A stretch of 64,000 nucleotides of DNA, taken from Macrostomum lignano. Lineage: Eukaryota. Every line of letters begins with the position of its first letter. Within the stretch, counting starts at the first letter, position 1. The translations under genes were made by a program, and so were the position numbers. The notes beneath the pieces were generated by a model. That model had not been told where the DNA came from. It did no database searches and saw only the letters and a program-made list of their open reading frames with translations. The stretch covers positions 1-64,000 of the forward strand of contig NIVC01001547.1 in NCBI GenBank assembly GCA_002269645.1. Reading direction: 5' to 3'. Positions 41,731 to 55,186 of the stretch are shown here, in pieces.

Positions 41731-42054
41731 TGCTATCTTCATTTTATTTGTTTTCTTTGAAGTATAAAACTTTTGTTAAATAATTCGGTTTTCCTGAGTC
41801 AATCCTTTGTCTCTACAATAATAGGACTAGGGAAACAGGAAGCCTGGTGGCAGCGATTCTACCAAATCTCAATTCAGTACAGCAGACAATAATCCACTAG
41901 TAAAATCCTTAGCAATAGAAACCAGTAGCCTAAACCACAGGTACCACGCTTGTCCATATCTAATATCTATTAAAAAAAGCCATAGCCTATAATCTTTTAC
42001 TCCCGATAATCTAGATTAAAATATACATGGTATTTTACTCTTAATATACTACCA

Positions 42055-42349
42055 TACATGCGCAACCTCCAAAATTCGGTCGGCCATGCGACTTAGTTTT
42101 AACAAAAATGCGACATTGGACATAGTTTTTGGCCAAAAATGCGACTTACATGTAAAAAAACCCTAACGCAAAATTAGGGTAAACGGCAGGAGTAACTATT
42201 ACTGTCTTATTAGGTCAAAATGCCTCATCAGCTACTTAGTACTACTACTTTGGTATTTTTTTGGGTGGGCATTTTTGCGACTTCCTTGGTTGGCCGCCAA
42301 ATCGGTCGGCCAGATCGGCTGACTCGGCCGACTGTTGCGCATGCATGTA
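42055..42349. mobile_element. 295-bp hAT-type MITE with 8-bp target-site duplication
   Basis: TIRs TACATGCGCAAC ... GTTGCGCATG(CATG)TA, flanked by an exact TACTACCA at 42047-42054 and 42350-42357. Confidence 0.85.
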
Positions 42350-42451
42350 TACTACCAGAAGTATATTGTGTTCTATTTTCATAGGTGTATACACAAGAAA
42401 ATAATCATCTTAATTAAGACATTACATTGGTAGCATCTAATAATAGATATA

Positions 42452-43205
42452 CTACTATCTATGGTATAGAAGAATAATAGGCATTCTTTTCAAATCATTC
42501 ATTAAACTATTCTTTCAACACTTTTTGCATTTTCTTCACTTTAAAAGCTGATTTTAACATGTTTGGACATCCCCCAAGCTATTAAAACAGTAAAATTAAC
42601 AACTTTGTTTTTTAAGCACTTTTTGCCATCTTTAGAAATTCCTAACAATTTCCAATAATTCGAGGGCAGCCTCCTGGCATGGTGGCAAAACTTAATGGTT
42701 GGTTACTAGTCTTAGCAAGAACTAATTAGCAGCAAAAACATAAAGTCTGAGTGCTCAGACTTCCCCTCCCTCTAACCAACTTATCCCTTTAGACCATAGA
42801 CACTCCCAACAAGAATCAGTGCCATGTCAAACAATATGTGCATGCTGGATTTGTACTTTTTGTTTTGCAATTCAGCCTCATACTTTTCAGGTAGCCAACT
42901 CCCTTTGTCTACTATGCTCTTTCCCATAGACAATCCCAGCTGTTGATTTACCACAGATATTTTAGCTTTGAACCTGTTCGCTATTGTGGTATAAATACAT
43001 GTTTAACTTGCACCCTTAACTTCTTTTTTGCCCTACTCAGTCTAGAGATTGAAAAAAGTGCTTAAAAAACAAACTTGTTAATTTCAATGTTTTAATAGCT
43101 TAGGGGATATCCAAACATGCTAAAATCAGCTTCTAAAGTGGAAAAAACATAAAAAAACATGTATAGAAGAATGCCAAATATTATTCTCTTTATAACATAG
43201 ACATA
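42452..43205. mobile_element. Foldback-like element with long (~100-190 bp) imperfect inverted repeats
   Basis: 42535-42637 (AAAGCTGATTTTAACATGTTTGGACATCCCCCAAGCTATTAAAAC...TTAAGCACTTTTT) is the reverse complement of 43041-43142; weaker similarity extends outward. Confidence 0.75.
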
Positions 43206-44651
43206 GACCAATCTGGCAATCACTTCTATTGCAAATCATAAAAATAAAAAAGGGATGAACTTTTGACAAAAAAAGTTCAAGATAGATAGAAATAAAAATT
43301 GAATTCCCTAAACCCAAAATAATTAAAAGTACTACAACCACAACTACTGAACTACTGCAAGATAAAAACTTAGTCATTGATTAAGAACATATTGGAAATT
43401 AATTTAAAAAGAAACGTTTGATCTTTTTAATCAATTAAGGACGATAAGTACTGTTTAGAGATTAATTAATACTCATTAATATCCTTATCCATTTTAGTTA
43501 CTTATAGCCTTATTAAGTAATTACATTACATTCCTTTTTATAATTATATAGGATTGGCTATATTATATATCCTTATTATAAAGGAAGATTAATATAAATA
43601 TAATAAAGTCATCATACTGCAATTCGTCATATTATTACTATTGATATTGATTATTTAGCTTTCCACCTAAATTTAAATTCTGCAAGAGTTTGATTGAAAG
43701 CACGTGTCTCGTGATCCCACTGGCCCACTGACCCACTCCCTGAACATGTCTTGGAAAAATCTTAATTTAAATTTTGTGAACAAGATGTACACTATGAAAG
43801 TAGTTAAAACAAAACGCAAAATAGCATTATATAAAAAATATTCTCCTTGGTTTTTGTACTTATTTTTCTTACACTTATTTTTTCGCGAATCAAAAAGCAA
43901 AAAAATTCGGAGTATACTTCTCAAAGTTCAATGTATTTTATTTAGTGGTTAACGCACCATAGGCACGATATTTATTTATCATTTATTTCAGGTTAAAAAC
44001 ACTCAGATTATCTTTACCCCCAATCGGGCAGAAAAGCAAAATACATGCGAATTTCAATCTATTGTTTCATTTATCAATGTAGATGGAGGGCCTGGTGTAC
44101 TTTTGTACGAAGGGGCTGTGCATCATGATCGAATTTCGATCATGCAGCAGCGCCATTGACAGATGGACCTTCTCATTTGGACCTCGTACTAATTTCCAAT
44201 ACGTTAGCAAGGATCACTATTTTTGTTCCTTGGCACTTAGTTTACGAGGAATGTATACTACTTAGGATTGAACAACTGCAGGGTATATACATATCATGTA
44301 CACGTGCAGCTGCCAGTGTATGTAACGCATGTAAACCCGAGCTACATGTATAGTACATGTATTAAACAAATGTAAAGTTTAGATTTAGGTTTGGTGCAAA
44401 ATACTGGTTTACATTCAGACGGGATTCCATGCACGAGTCGCAATTTAAACTGTCGAAGGAAGATATGGCTTCCGCATAGTGACAAAGTATTCTTAAATGC
44501 CAGGCAGCATGCACCGCGGTTGCATCCTCTCGAATTTTGCCTCCATGGCTATTAATCTTACACATGGCTGCAGATTTTTGTCCTACTGTAAAATAGCAAC
44601 AATTGGTTTGCCGTGTTCAACTAATTTATTTAAATTACAAAAATAGATAAC

Positions 44652-45325
<674 letters not shown>

Positions 45326-45745
45326 AAAAGCAGTTAGCAACTAGCTATCCATCTACTAAGTGTATCAAACAAAAGTGAGTCTACTCTATCATTTGTACTT
45401 TTAACTCTGTGTACCTGAAACACACTTCGCCATTCGGGAATGTACAACACTGCTCCGACCCTTTTGTCTCTTTCACGATGCCCTCTTATACTCTTTCTTT
45501 CCACTTTCTGCCTGTGGTCTCGTCCACGCCGAATACCAGTATGCATTCGCAAGAAACTGTGGTATCCAATCGGAGAGTTGCAGTTATGAATTCTCGCTTT
45601 CCAGAATAAGGTCTACAGTTGACACCGTAGCCCTATTTATTGAACTTGCGCGCCGTAGAGTACAGAGTAAAAAGATTTTTTTTCAATGCTGTGAGCTTTA
45701 ATTGCTGCATTGTCTTGCTGAAGCGACAACAGGTAATTTGAAGAC

Positions 45746-47462
45746 ATGAGCTCGACATACGAAGATCACTCCTGCTCGTGCTCCGGCATCACCAGTTCTC
45801 GCAACTGGCACATGGCAATGTCGGAGCTGCTGGGAACTTTTCTGCTGGTGTCTCTCGGCCTGTCTGCCGCTGCCACGGCCGCCCTGTCAGCCCCAGCCAC
45901 CGCTCAGCTGGGCTCCGGCTTGGCTCTGGTTGTGGCTCTCTACGTAACCATGGGAGCCTCTGGGGGGCACATCAATCCGGCCGTCTCAACAGCCCTGTTC
46001 GCTGTGAAACGCATGTCTCTGGCCGACTTCCTGCTCTACCAGACTGCACAGTACACCGGAGGCCTGCTGGCTGCAGCTCTTGTCTGCTGCTTCTTCTATC
46101 CACCTCTGCTGGACTTCGAGACCGCCAAGATTGCGTCCTCAGCCGTTGCGGGCAACGCAGGTAACATCACCGAGGCGGCAGCGAATGTTGCGTCGACTTT
46201 TGCTGCACATTCTGCTGCGGAACAAATGGAGGCAATCTACGTGACGCATGCGCATCAGAGTGTGTCCTTGTGGCGTGCTTTGTCTAGCGAGGTGAGAGAA
46301 CTGAGGTGTTGAATCTGGGTACGAGTACATACTGTATCCGTGCTCAAGGGTCAGAGCAGAGGCGTCGCCATGGATTATATGGTGGGGGGACAAAGCTAAG
46401 AATTCTACATGTACATGTACGCTTGTACATATTATTTTTAGAATCGGTGTTGTCAGCGCTCAGTGCTTATTTTGGCGCCGCAGGCAATCATTTTGGCGCT
46501 ACAGGCACTCATTTTAGCGCCAACTAATTTTAGCGCCACAGGCACTTTTTTGGCGCCGCAGGCACTCATATTAGCGCCTACTCATTTTGGCGCCACAGAC
46601 ACCCATTTTAGCGCCGCAGGAACTATCTTTTGTCACCTTGAAGCAAAATTATTGATTTTCAAAACGGGTCATGAGGTTCGGTGAGGGGGAGGAGGTGCTG
46701 ACAAAGCATTTGGAATGTCCCCCCCCCTACAAATTTTACTAAGGTCAGAGGATGACTGCATGGCCTCCTGTTGACGGGGCGAGGCCTATGACGTCATAGA
46801 CCTAAATTTGACAGACGCGCTTCCAACCAACCCCGCAGGTGTTCGCCACCGGCTCTTTCATCCTGGCCGTCCGTGGCATCACCGACAACCGCAACGCTGG
46901 GCCGCCGCTGTACCTGCAGCCGCCGATGATCGCGGCAACGGTCCTGGCGCTCACCCTGTGCACCGCGCCTCTGTCCGGCTGTTCGTTGAACCCCGCTCGC
47001 GACCTGCCGTCCAGAATCGTTGTCGCCGTGTTTCAACTGGCCGTGGACGGCTGCACAACCGGCCTCTTTAGTCTTGGCGGCAGCTCCAGCTTCGTGGCAC
47101 CGCTGATCGGTCCGTACCTTGGCGCAGCCGTGGGCTCCTGGCTCTACGAGTTGTGCATCACCCGTGGACTGAAGGCGTCCTTGGCGGCTGCAAATGACCA
47201 GCTACAGCGTGAGTCAGACGGCAAAATCGATCCAAAGGACGACTTGGAAGATTCGGACGATTTAAAGGAAACTCGACCCAACGGGGATTCGGACAACCTG
47301 GACAGCAGCGAAGGTCCGGATCCCAACCCTAACGCTGCAGACAGCAAGCGACGTAGACAGCAGCCTCGAAAGCGAGTGGCTACTAAAGACACCGAACTGA
47401 GTCTGCTTGAAAGCTCGGAAGGCAAAAGCCGTGACGTCAGTGTGTCACTTTACAATGCTTGA
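45746..47462 (+). CDS. Aquaglyceroporin (MIP family, AQP3/7/9/10-like), 2 exons, 389 aa
   Basis: Exons 45746-46291 (GAG|GTGAGA) and 46839-47462 (CCCCGCAG|), phase 0. SELLGTFLL, SGGHINPAVS, and SGCSLNPARDL (NPARD glyceroporin signature). Long acidic C-terminal tail. Confidence 0.93.
46357..46790 (+). mobile_element. Minisatellite-carrying MITE family, copy B (aquaporin intron)
   Basis: Starts CAGAGGCGTCGCCATGGATT...AAGAATTCTA...GAATCGGTGTTG; ~7 degenerate 21-mers; ACGGGTCA / ACAAAGC / ATGTCCCCC body; degenerate right TIR. Confidence 0.8.
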
Positions 47463-48124
47463 ATAATTCATAGTGCAGAACTCAAAAGATGTTCAGATAG
47501 CTACGTCTGAGACTTATTCACTGTAAATTGTCATTTTCCTACCCAACTGCTCAACACAGTCAAATTTTAGGCAACTACAGTAAGCTTTAAAATTTCTCTC
47601 AACCTAGAAGACGATATAATAGAATAGAAAATTCTAGCAAAGTAATTTTTTAAAAAGAAGAACTGCAGCTCTTAGGTAGATGAACTCGCGACCATAAGGC
47701 ACCGCTTTTTATTGCTATGAAAGTTTTATACTAAACTGCTTAAAGGGTCGTAGCTGCATGCATTGTCTGTTCGCGCGTAGTAGAGAGAAAGATAAACTGG
47801 AACACACGAAATATAACAAATGGATGAACGTCTTCTGCTAATGAATAAACGCTATAAACTTCTATTTAAAGTTTAGCCGAATAAAACAAATCTAATTTTG
47901 TTATAATTTATTACTATTACAGCAGCATCAATTTGAGTGTGTTTTCAAAATTATCAACCAATATAAGATTTAAATTAAATTACCGCAATAAAAACTCGAA
48001 CGCTAATACGGAACGTTAACTAGAAAATGAAAACTAAAAAATACGATTCAAATTCTGTGGGCCGAGTGTCTACTAGAAGTAGGCTGCTTCAAACTTTAAA
48101 GTTTTTTTCCCTTTTTTTAGTTTT

Positions 48125-48268
48125 AAAGACACTCATTTTGGCGCCAAAGGCGCTGTATTTTGGCGCCCTGAAAAAAAATTTAGATTTTCATAACGGGTCA
48201 CAAGATGCAGGGGTAGGGAGACAAAGCGTTGTTGACATGTCCCCCCACCCCGGTGGCGACGCCCCCTG
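48125..48268 (+). mobile_element. Minisatellite-carrying MITE family, copy C (3' half only)
   Basis: CACTCATTTTGGCGCC...CATAACGGGTCAC...ACAAAGC...ACATGTCCCCCC...GGTGGCGACGCCCCCTG matches the right end of copy D. Confidence 0.8.
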
Positions 48269-48669
48269 CTCATCAAAGGGAGTATGCAGCGTCCTCACCA
48301 GAATAAACAGGGTTTTCTGACCATTACTCGATGTACTTTCGCCTTGAGCTACATTTATCCCCCAGCTAAGTCTTATACACACTGCTCTAAACATTCCAAA
48401 CGTGTCGCAATCCAACGGGAAATTGAAAGTGCTCTGCGATTTGAGAATCCCAACAACTAATCAGGCAGATGAAAGAAGCTGCGCTACACGCAAGTTCTGT
48501 TCTTTGCGAAAGGGCACCTCCGGCTTCTGAATTCCCATGCGTTGCTTGAAGCCAGCAGCTATTGCTGTCCTTTTGTGTCCTTTCCTCATTAAATTCACCC
48601 TCGTTCCTTAGCTTAATGACGCTAATGGTTTGACGTCATGTTTTTCAGCATTATAATTAACGCTACTAT

Positions 48670-50320
48670 TGTGTAGGTGGCCCCATTTATGTGTAGATTG
48701 GCCCATTAATGTGTAGATTGGCCCAATAATGTGTAGATTGGCGTCACTAATGTCTATTTTGCGTCACTAATGTCTATTTTAGCGTCAATAATGTCTATTT
48801 TAGCGTCACTAATGTCTAGTTAAGCGTCCCTAATGTCTAGTTTAGCGTCACTAATGTCTAGTTTAGCGTCACTAATGTCTAGTTTAGCGTCACTAATGTC
48901 TATTTTAGCGTCACTAATGTCTAGTTTAGCGTCACTAATGTCTAGTTTAGCGTCACTAATGTCTAGTTTAGTCACTAATGTCTAGTTTAGCGTCACTAAT
49001 GTCTAGTTTAGCGTCACTAATGTCTATTTTAGCGTCACTAATGTCTATTTTAGCGTCACTAATGTCTAGTTTAGCGTCACTAATGTCTAGTTTAGTCACT
49101 AATGTCTAGTTTAGCGTCACTAATGTCTAGTTTAGCGTCACTAATGTCTAGTTTAGCGTCACTAATGTCTAGTTTAGCGTCACTAATGTCTAGTTTAGCG
49201 TCACTAATGTCTAGTTTAGCGTCACTAATGTCTAGTTTAGTCACTAATGTCTAGTTTAGCGTCACTAATGTCTAGTTTAGCGTCACTAATGTCTATTTTA
49301 GCGTCACTAATGTCTAGTTTAGCGTCACTAATGTCTAGTTTAGCGTCACTAATGTCTAGTTTAGTCACTAATGTCTAGTTTAGCGTCACTAATGTCTAGT
49401 TTAGCGTCACTAATGTCTAGTTTAGTCACTAATGTCTAGTTTAGCGTCACTAATGTCTAGTTTAGTGTCACTAATATCTATTTTAGCGTCCCTAATATCT
49501 ACATGTAGTTTAGCGTCACTAATGTATAGTTTAGCGTCACTAATGTCTTGTTTAGTGTCACTAATGTCTAGTTTAGCGTCACTAATGTCTAGTTTAGCGT
49601 CACTAATGTCTAGTTTAGTCACTAATGTCTAGTTTAGCGTCACTAATGTCTAGTTTAGTGTCACTAATATCTATTTTAGCGTCCCTAATATCTACATGTA
49701 GTTTAGCGTCACTAATGTCTAGTTTAGCGTCACTAATGTCTAGTTTAGTCACTAATGTCTAGTTTAGCGTCACTAATGTCTAGTTTAGCGTCACTAATGT
49801 CTAGTTTAGTCACTAATGTCTAGTTTAGCGTCACTAATGTCTAGTTTAGCGTTACTAATATCTATTTTAGCGTCCCTAATATCTACATGTAGTTTAGCGT
49901 CACTAATGTATAGTTTAGCGTCACTAATGTCTTGTTTAGTGTCACTAATATCTATTTTAGCGTCCCTAATATCTACATGTAGTTTGGCGTCACTAATGTA
50001 TAGTTTAGCGTTACTAATGTCTTGTTTAGTGTCACTAATTTCTAGTTTAGCGTCACTAATGTCTAGTTTAGCGTCACTAATGTCTAGTTTAGCGTCACTA
50101 ATATCTATTTTAGCGTCCCTAATATCTACATGTAGTTTAGCTTCACTAATGTATAGTTTAGCGTCACTAATGTCTTGTTTAGTGTCACTAATTTCTAGTT
50201 TAGCGTCACTAATATCTTATTTTAGAGTCAATAATGTCTATTTTAGCGTCACTAATGTCTATTTTAGCGTCACTAATGTCTATTTTAGCGTCACAAATAT
50301 CTAGTTTAGCGTCATTAATG
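48670..50320. repeat. 21-bp minisatellite (AATGTCTAGTTTAGCGTCACT)n with higher-order variants
   Basis: About 78 units. The left edge shows progenitor-like AATGTGTAGATTGGCCC units; the right half has a recurring CCCTAATATCTACATGT block. Confidence 0.97.
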
Positions 50321-50829
50321 TTTTCTGAACCTAATAAAGCTAATTAGGTAACCCACTTTGAAATTTAACAGTTCATTCTCTATCATGAAAAGTGCAATTT
50401 GAGAGAAATTATTAGCTTTACTTAGTAGCAAACCGCGAGCATTACTGCATATACCAAATATGTTTGGCTTTTTTATTTACAATTAGCGGCCTCTTTACAA
50501 ATTACAGCGTATTTGAAAATTAATTCAGCGTCCACGAACCGCAACGCGTGAAATTCGGACTTGGAAAAATTTCATATTATTTTTCATTTTTTGTTCGCTA
50601 GTTCTGTCCAGGCAGAATTATAGTCCACGCATTTATCACGCGGCGCAGTCGTGAAGGTCGATGCGATGAAACGATTAGAAGGTCAGAGAAACCTGGAGAA
50701 AGTTAATACAGCGGTTCGCGGTCACGATTACGCACTACATGTAACTAGAGTGTAATTAATTAACCAAAATGTACCTTAAGAGACTTGAGATTTGTCTTTA
50801 ACTAGAAACCCACGTGGTTTCAATGGACA

Positions 50830-51790
50830 GTCCTGTCTTATAGTGTTGACACCTCTATCTCATATGTGGATACCTCTCTCATGGTGTGGACACGTCTGCC
50901 TTGGTGTGGACACTTCTGTTTTGTAATTTGAACATATTTTATAGTGTGGACAGTGTAGACATCTCCCTTATAGTGTGGACACTTCTGTCTTATAGTGTAG
51001 ACACCTCTGTCTTATAGTGAGTGGACACCTGTGTCTTATAGTGTTGACACTTCTTTCTTATAGTGCGGACACCTCTGTCTCCTGTGTGGAAGTCCTGTAT
51101 TATAGTGTGGACACCTCTGTCTCCTAGTGTGGAAGTCCTGTCTTATAGTGTGGACACCTCTGTCTCCTAGTGTGGAAGTCCTGTATTATAGTGTGGACAC
51201 CTCTGTCTCCTGTGTGGAAGTCCTGTATTATAGTGTGGACACCTCTGTCTCCTAGTGTGGAAGTCCTGTATTATAGTGTGGACACCTCTGTCTCCTAGTG
51301 TGGACAGTCCTGTCTTATAGTGTGGACACCTCTGTCTCCTGTGGAAGTCCTGTCTTATAGTGTGGACACCTCTGTCTCCTAGTGTGGAAATCCTGTCTTA
51401 TAGTGTGGACACCTCTGTCTCCTAGTGTGGAAATCCTGTCTTATAGTGTGGACACCTCTGTCTCCTAGTGTGGAAGTCCTGTATTATAGTGTGGACACCT
51501 CTGTCTCCTAGTGTGGACAGTCCTGTCTTATAGTGTGGACACCTCTGTCTCCTGTGGAAGTCCTGTCTTATAGTGTAGACACCTCTGTCTCCTAGTGTGG
51601 ACAGTCCTGTCTTATAGTGTGGACACCTCTGTCTCCTGTGTGGAAGTCCTGTATTATAGTGTGGACACCTCTGTCTCCTAGTGTGGAAGTCCTGTATTAT
51701 AGTGTGGACACCTCTGTCTCCTAGTGTGGACAGTCCTGTCTTATAGTGAATGGATGCGTGGACACGTCTGTCTCTATAATGTGGACACTC
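50830..51790. repeat. About 43-bp dimeric minisatellite (TTATAGTGTGGACACCTCTGTCTCCTAGTGTGGAAGTCCTGTA)n
   Basis: Two related ~21-22 bp half-units alternate; degenerate monomers at the left edge. Confidence 0.95.
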
Positions 51791-52074
51791 TGTGTGTGAC
51801 ATCCCAGAATTCTAGTGTGGACGCACTGCCGTAGCAATCCAGAACTTGAATTATTATTAATAAATTAACTACGAGTAATACTATTAAAAATGCCAACCCA
51901 ACATTCCTAATGACCGATAAATGATAAAAATGATGAGCAATAGTCATACAACAGTACTTCATCTCTGACCAGAGCAGAAAAAATTACTAACACAATGCGC
52001 ATGCACAAACCAAGGACCACTAGTAGATACTTAAGTAGTCCGTGGCACAAAAATTAAACTTGTATCAACAAGCT

Positions 52075-52443
52075 CTAAGCAGCATCGCGACAAACATGAT
52101 CAGCGGAGCAATTCGAGCTTGACAGCGACAATCGACAATGTTGATCGTCGATGTCTTCATCATTGTCAGAGCAGTCGTCGCACTGGTCGATTTGAACTGT
52201 TGTCGATGACTGCTGCACCTGTGTCGGCGGCGGAGGTGATGGCAGCTTCTTGCTCGGAGGTGGATCGCAGCCCAGCCAGCTGAGGCACATCAGCAGCAGA
52301 ATAAGCAACACTGTCGCCATGGAAACAGCGATCCAAGCTCCGGAATCTGGTGCACCGTAGATCCGACCCAGCTCAAGCATGCTTGGCTGAGTGGACGGTC
52401 GCGGGCTCGACTCTGCTGATCCTGTAAGCCTCTTTGCACTCAT
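52075..52443 (-). CDS. Hypothetical 122-aa single-pass membrane protein (orphan)
   Basis: ATG...TAG ORF, GC-rich relative to its flanks. One hydrophobic segment WIAVSMATVLLILLLMCLSWLG, followed by Pro-rich and Asp/Cys-rich segments. No recognised family. Confidence 0.5.
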   Translation of the reverse strand: MSAKRLTGSAESSPRPSTQPSMLELGRIYGAPDSGAWIAVSMATVLLILLLMCLSWLGCDPPPSKKLPSPPPPTQVQQSSTTVQIDQCDDCSDNDEDIDDQHCRLSLSSSNCSADHVCRDAA

Positions 52444-53565
52444 TAATCATTTAATGGTGAGAGTCGTCTTAGAACTCTTGAGACTCTTCAGCTTAGGAAA
52501 GGCGAGACAAGCCATGACTAAGTATTTATTCTGACCAATGGCCCTTTTTGTGCTACCCAGCTGGGCTTACGCAAGAACCAGACCAAAGAGCTCATTCTTA
52601 TTGTTGCCCTGGAAAGAGATTGGAACGCTTTTTAACTTCATCTGTAAGCTCTCTCCCGTGCACATAAGAGTTCTCCAGCTCAGTAGTCGTAGTAGTGTGA
52701 ATAAGAAGACTGGATAAAACCGCTTTCCGAGTCTTGCTTTTCAGGGTTCTCAATCCGCCTCGACTGTACGCAACTTGTGGATTGTGATAATAGGACTGGA
52801 GCTGGAGGAGGAGAGGGGAAGGCGGGGGGGGGGGGTTTACGTTTAAGACCCCGCTCTCAAGCGTACAAACAACTACCTAGAAGGGCAAAGTAGTTTCTGT
52901 CTCTCTCTCTCGCATTCCTTCCGTTCATGGCTGTATTGCTTGGGGAGCAGCGACCCCGCTCCCCCTCACCGCATTTTTGGTTCCGCATGCAGCTGGATTC
53001 AACTGGCTGCTTCCGCATTTCAAAGAACTGCATAATTTACTGCCCGAAAGCCGGTCCAATTCTTAAACCAGACGGGTTGCACCAAGTTTTGATCGAACAA
53101 AAAAACTGAGTGACGATGCGTATTTTTTATTGCGCAGAAAACTCCGTTTTTAACTCTCAGATTTTTTTATACAATTAACGCTTGAAAGGATTCAAGGGGA
53201 AGGGGCATCAGAAACGAATAAAAACGATTCATGATTGAACGTCGATACTGCAGTATTGGCGCTCATTAATAGTGCATTGCATCGCAGAATTATTGAAAAT
53301 AAAATTTTGAATTTACAATTTAACCATAGCATAAAAAGCGAGAGCGAAGGGTGAAGTTTTGTGTAAAAAAATAGGGCCGAATCTCGTGAATTACTTTTCT
53401 AAGTACAAGAACTAAAGAATCGAAGTATGGGCATTAATTTAGGACACACATTTACAGAACAGACCTAAGTAGTAAATCATTGTGCCGACTAGACCGCAAT
53501 GGTTCGAGTCCCGCACGCAATCAAAACCTGACAGGAATGAACGGCAAAGAGAGTTTTGAGTCCAG

Positions 53566-55186
53566 TCAGGCGGTCTGAGACCTCGGCGAGCCGCCGCCAT
53601 CCAGCAGGCAAAACTCGTGGCAGAAGCAGTTCTTGTCGTTCTCCGACAGGAACTGGAAGTCCTGGCTCTGAACAACGCTGCTGTAGGAAAAGTGTCGCCG
53701 AATCGCGCGCATCACGGCCAGCTGCAGCTGCGGCTCATGCAAGTGCCGGTTGCAGGTGAGCCACAGGCTGACGAGATCGCCTGGGCTCCAGCTGATCCGA
53801 GTCTGAGTCTGAGACGACTCGCCTGATGACGACGTCACAGAGCCGCCAGAGCCGGTCGGTTTGGCTGCGGCGTCCATCTGGAATGTAGAGATTTTACAGA
53901 AAAATTACACGTCATTGTTTCATGATACCAAACGGATTAAAAATGGCCTAACTTTGAACTTTAACTTTGGGCGAAACATGCTTTGCTCTTAACTGTAAGG
54001 CGTAGGCCGGAAAATTTCCTAGTGACGAAAACCCAACAAATTAAAAGCAACAATACACAATCCTTCCTTCTTTCACTACAAAGTGATTGCTCTCCGATTT
54101 GTCCCTTTTGTGATCTAGAGGAGGAAACTTTGTAGCACACCGTCACCTTCTGCCCGCATTTCAACGAAGCGCAAAGACGGCACCTCGGACACCCGCTGGG
54201 ACTGGACGAGCTCGCACCACCCCCGACCGGATCCGTGACCTGCCAAACCCTTCGGAAGCCGCCAGTCTCACCTGTAGGCAGTGGTTGATGAACCGACTGC
54301 ACTGCAGCAGAACCGCCGGCACGCCATATTGATCCGCAATGCGAGCCAGCATGCGAAACGTTTCAAACCTGGCAATGTTGAAGGACTGATGCGACTGCAG
54401 GTAGAACAGGAAGCACTTCATCTCGAAGGTGTACTCCGCGTCGCAGTGGATGGCCGCGTCTCGATCGGCGTCGAAGTTCCACAACGGCGAGGTGAGCAGC
54501 ACGCGGCAGTAGTCGGAGTGCGTCAGCAGCAGCAGCCGGGGCGCCCGCACCGAGCCGTCCCGGCATCGCAGCGTCACCCAGGCCGATTCGTCGATGTCTT
54601 CTTCGCTGGGTCCGCCTTCCTCGTCCTCCTCATCATCGCCGCCGTAGCCGTTGCCGGGCACCCCGTCGAATGCGGCCACAGGCGGTGGCTTCAGGAACGC
54701 TGGCGACGCGTCCGTGATGCGGAGGAGGAAGCAGAACTCGACAATGGATGCGCTCGGATCCGACGAAGTTTCCTCGGCGGCACCCGCAGGGTTCTCCAGA
54801 TCGGAGCGGCTGAGGCAGGAGGGCAGCGTGACGATTTCTTTGCCGGTGGTCCAGGAGGCGGGCTCTGCCAGGGCTCGGCAGCTGACCAGATTGCCGTCAA
54901 TCTGGATGCAGCAGGTCAGGCGAGCCCGGATCTCGTATTCGCAGCAGATGTCGAGAGCTCGAAGGCAGAAGACAACATGAAGTGAGTCGCTCTCGGCTAG
55001 GACAAGAATTCCGCAGCCGATGGAAGTGAATTCGAGACCGTCAACGCGGGAGAGCGGCTTGGACTTGACGGCTCCCTCGCTGGCGGCCTGTAGCAGATCG
55101 AGCAGTTCCTGCTTGTTCATCCTGGTGCTCAGGCCGAACCGGATTCGGTCGTCCTCGCTAGGCGGCGATGCGGGATCCGTGCGCAT
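53566..55186 (-). CDS. Divergent MATH-like/BTB-POZ/BACK-like protein (SPOP-type architecture), 2 exons, about 408 aa
   Basis: Exons 55186-54272 (CAG|GTGAGA) and 53877-53566 (CTACATTCCAG|), phase 0. BTB signature VTLRCRDGSVRAPRLLLLTHSDYCRVLL...FLFYLQS...LARIADQYGVPAVLLQC; BACK-like LVSLWLTCNRHLHEPQLQLAVMRAIRRHF. Confidence 0.8.
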
